From an uncultured Methanoregulaceae archaeon (GTDB lineage Archaea > Halobacteriota > Methanomicrobia > Methanomicrobiales > Methanospirillaceae), in contig OY969564.1 in NCBI GenBank assembly GCA_963701095.1, positions 1,408,001 through 1,472,000 on the forward strand: a stretch of 64,000 bases of DNA, written 5' to 3'. The notes beneath the pieces are model-generated. The model was not told the DNA's origin, searched no databases, and was given only the letters and a program-made list of their open reading frames with translations. Below, one piece after another: positions 62,353-64,000 of this stretch. The position numbers and the translations under genes were made by a program. How positions within the stretch are numbered: the stretch's first letter is position 1; the number at the start of each line of letters is the position of its first letter.

Positions 62353-63105
62353 TCAGGGGGTTCTGTTTTTGGCCGGATGGTCTCCCCATTGTGCCGGAAG
62401 GTTTGGATCCCGCACCCGGATCTCGTATTCATCATTTGCAAACGATCTCATAGCAGGAACGATGAAATCCGCAGGCGACATGCCAAAATGCGTCTGCCCC
62501 CGGGCTTTCCGTGCACCTTTATCGAGGTTTGTATCGACCATGGGAGGGATCATTTCAAAGACCCGAACAGACGTCCCTTCGAGCTGCTGACGAAGTGTGA
62601 TACTGAATGAATGAACTGCGGCTTTCGTCGCACAGTAGACAGGAAGCGGGGCCATCGGCATAAAGGCAAGGCCCGATGAGACATTGATTATTGCAGCTTC
62701 CTTCTGGTGTGAGAGGTGCGGTGTGAAGAGTGCGGTCATGTACACCAATGCCCGCAGGTTGATTTCGATTTCATCCTCGCCGTCTTCAACGCGGTACTTG
62801 AATAAATCCTCAGTACCCTTTCTGAAATCTATCATCCTCTGAATACCCGCATTGTTGACGAGCACATTGATTTTGGGAAACTTCGCAACTGCCCACTCAT
62901 AAAGTACCTGGCGTTCAGTTTCATTTGCAACGTTAGCCTTCCTTGTGTGGAGCGAGGGCAGAATCTTTTTTGCCTCTTTTAAATGGTTCTCTGTTCTCGC
63001 ACAGACGATGACCTCACTGCCTCCCTGAATGAACGCTTTGGCAAGAGCGAGGCCTATACCCGTCGCACCACCGGTGATAAGGACTGTATTCCCATCAAGC
63101 CTCAT
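62353..63105 (-). CDS. Short-chain dehydrogenase (DltE-like)
   Basis: TGGATGIG, NNAGIQ, VSSGL, YCATK. Confidence 0.92.
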   Translation of the reverse strand: MRLDGNTVLITGGATGIGLALAKAFIQGGSEVIVCARTENHLKEAKKILPSLHTRKANVANETERQVLYEWAVAKFPKINVLVNNAGIQRMIDFRKGTEDLFKYRVEDGEDEIEINLRALVYMTALFTPHLSHQKEAAIINVSSGLAFMPMAPLPVYCATKAAVHSFSITLRQQLEGTSVRVFEMIPPMVDTNLDKGARKARGQTHFGMSPADFIVPAMRSFANDEYEIRVRDPNLPAQWGDHPAKNRTP

Positions 63106-63290
63106 TTTTCCCTCGTAAAAGTATAGATGATTTTTATCAAATCAGTCTTTACTATGTTGGCACTACATACAATTCTCTCTCTTTTCGAACATGGATGATG
63201 AGTAATTGCATGAATCAGGATTTGTTCTTATATATTCATGCAAGAATTTATTTTGTATAACACCTGCTATCCAGATAATGGTGATTCCCT

Positions 63291-64000
63291 ATGCTTTACA
63301 GAAAAATGAATACGGCAAAAGAAAAACTTTCTATTCTCGGCTTCGGGTGTATGAGACTCCCGGTAACGGCTGATGGGCACATTGACGAAGAACAGTCTAC
63401 CGGTATGATCAGGTACGCTATCGATCATGGAGTAAATTATATCGACACTGCGTATCCTTACCTTAACGGAGAAAGCGAACCGTTTGTCGGACGGGCGCTT
63501 TCCGGTGGATACCGCAAGAAAGTGAACCTTGCGACGAAGCTCCCGAGCTGGCTCATCAGGTCCCGGGAAGATATGGACAAATACCTTGATGAGCAGCTCG
63601 AACGGCTCATGACTGATCATATCGATTTCTATCTCGTGCACGGGCTCAATGACATGTTCTGGGGGAATCTCTCGACACTCAAGGTGACGGAATTCTTCGA
63701 CGATGCGATTGCCGATGGCAGGATAAGATATGCCGGCTTCTCGTTCCACGACAAACTGGCTCTTTTTAAGGAGATCGTGGACAGCTATGACTGGACATTT
63801 ACCCAGATACAATATAACTTCATGGATGAGGAGTACCAGGCAGGAACAAAAGGGCTTCTTTATGCGGCAAAGAAAGGATTGGGTATCGTAGTAATGGAAC
63901 CTATCCGGGGAGGTCTGCTCGCAAGAGATCTCAAGGGGATATCGAAGATCTGGCAGACGGCAGAAACGCACAATGATCCCTCTGAATGGGCACTCCGCTG
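63291..64000 (+). CDS. Aldo/keto reductase, running off the window end
   Basis: Absent from the ORF track because it has no stop; reads MLYRKM..SILGFGCMRLP..GVNYIDTAYPY..LATKLP..MEPIRGG; GGTGA SD. Confidence 0.9.
   Translation, partial: MLYRKMNTAKEKLSILGFGCMRLPVTADGHIDEEQSTGMIRYAIDHGVNYIDTAYPYLNGESEPFVGRALSGGYRKKVNLATKLPSWLIRSREDMDKYLDEQLERLMTDHIDFYLVHGLNDMFWGNLSTLKVTEFFDDAIADGRIRYAGFSFHDKLALFKEIVDSYDWTFTQIQYNFMDEEYQAGTKGLLYAAKKGLGIVVMEPIRGGLLARDLKGISKIWQTAETHNDPSEWALR

Noticed and set aside
63267..63971. 234-aa minus-strand ORF and other long antisense ORFs (6902-7861, 44840-45742, 54638-55444, 30022-30288)
   Set aside because: Shadow ORFs opposite recognisable genes (aldo/keto reductase, mptA, dnaK, DipZ-like, HIT relic).

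Overview
Chromosomal segment of a hydrogenotrophic methanogen, most consistent with Methanomicrobiales (Methanoregula/Methanolinea-like). The evidence is frhADGB, mptA, archaeal rpoL and aIF-2beta, and PEGA, PKD and PGF-CTERM surface proteins. Bases 1-27 kb are mostly housekeeping. Bases ~30-58 kb form a stress-survival block: glycogen enzymes, a GAF/PAS kinase with a REC-PadR regulator, two Hsp20-type genes, grpE-dnaK-dnaJ, an OYE reductase, a MerA-like reductase, SOD, an MsrA-glutaredoxin fusion, CcdA/DipZ and ArsC. Main observation 1: five promoters in that block, plus a partial sixth, share an identically spaced ~50-bp architecture (TGTTTCAAAA-type direct repeat with 12-bp period, TG-led 10-mer, purine-rich BRE-like 9-mer, TATA-like box). 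This suggests a stress regulon I do not recognise, with candidate regulators encoded inside it. Main observation 2: about 15 single-base frameshifts break conserved genes and 9 of them sit on CCGG. The window also encodes an orphan SPPY-type methyltransferase resembling CCGG m4C enzymes, so the frameshifts are probably methylation-linked long-read errors rather than pseudogenes. No rRNA, tRNA, CRISPR array or transposase was seen. All family calls come from motif recognition; no database search was run.
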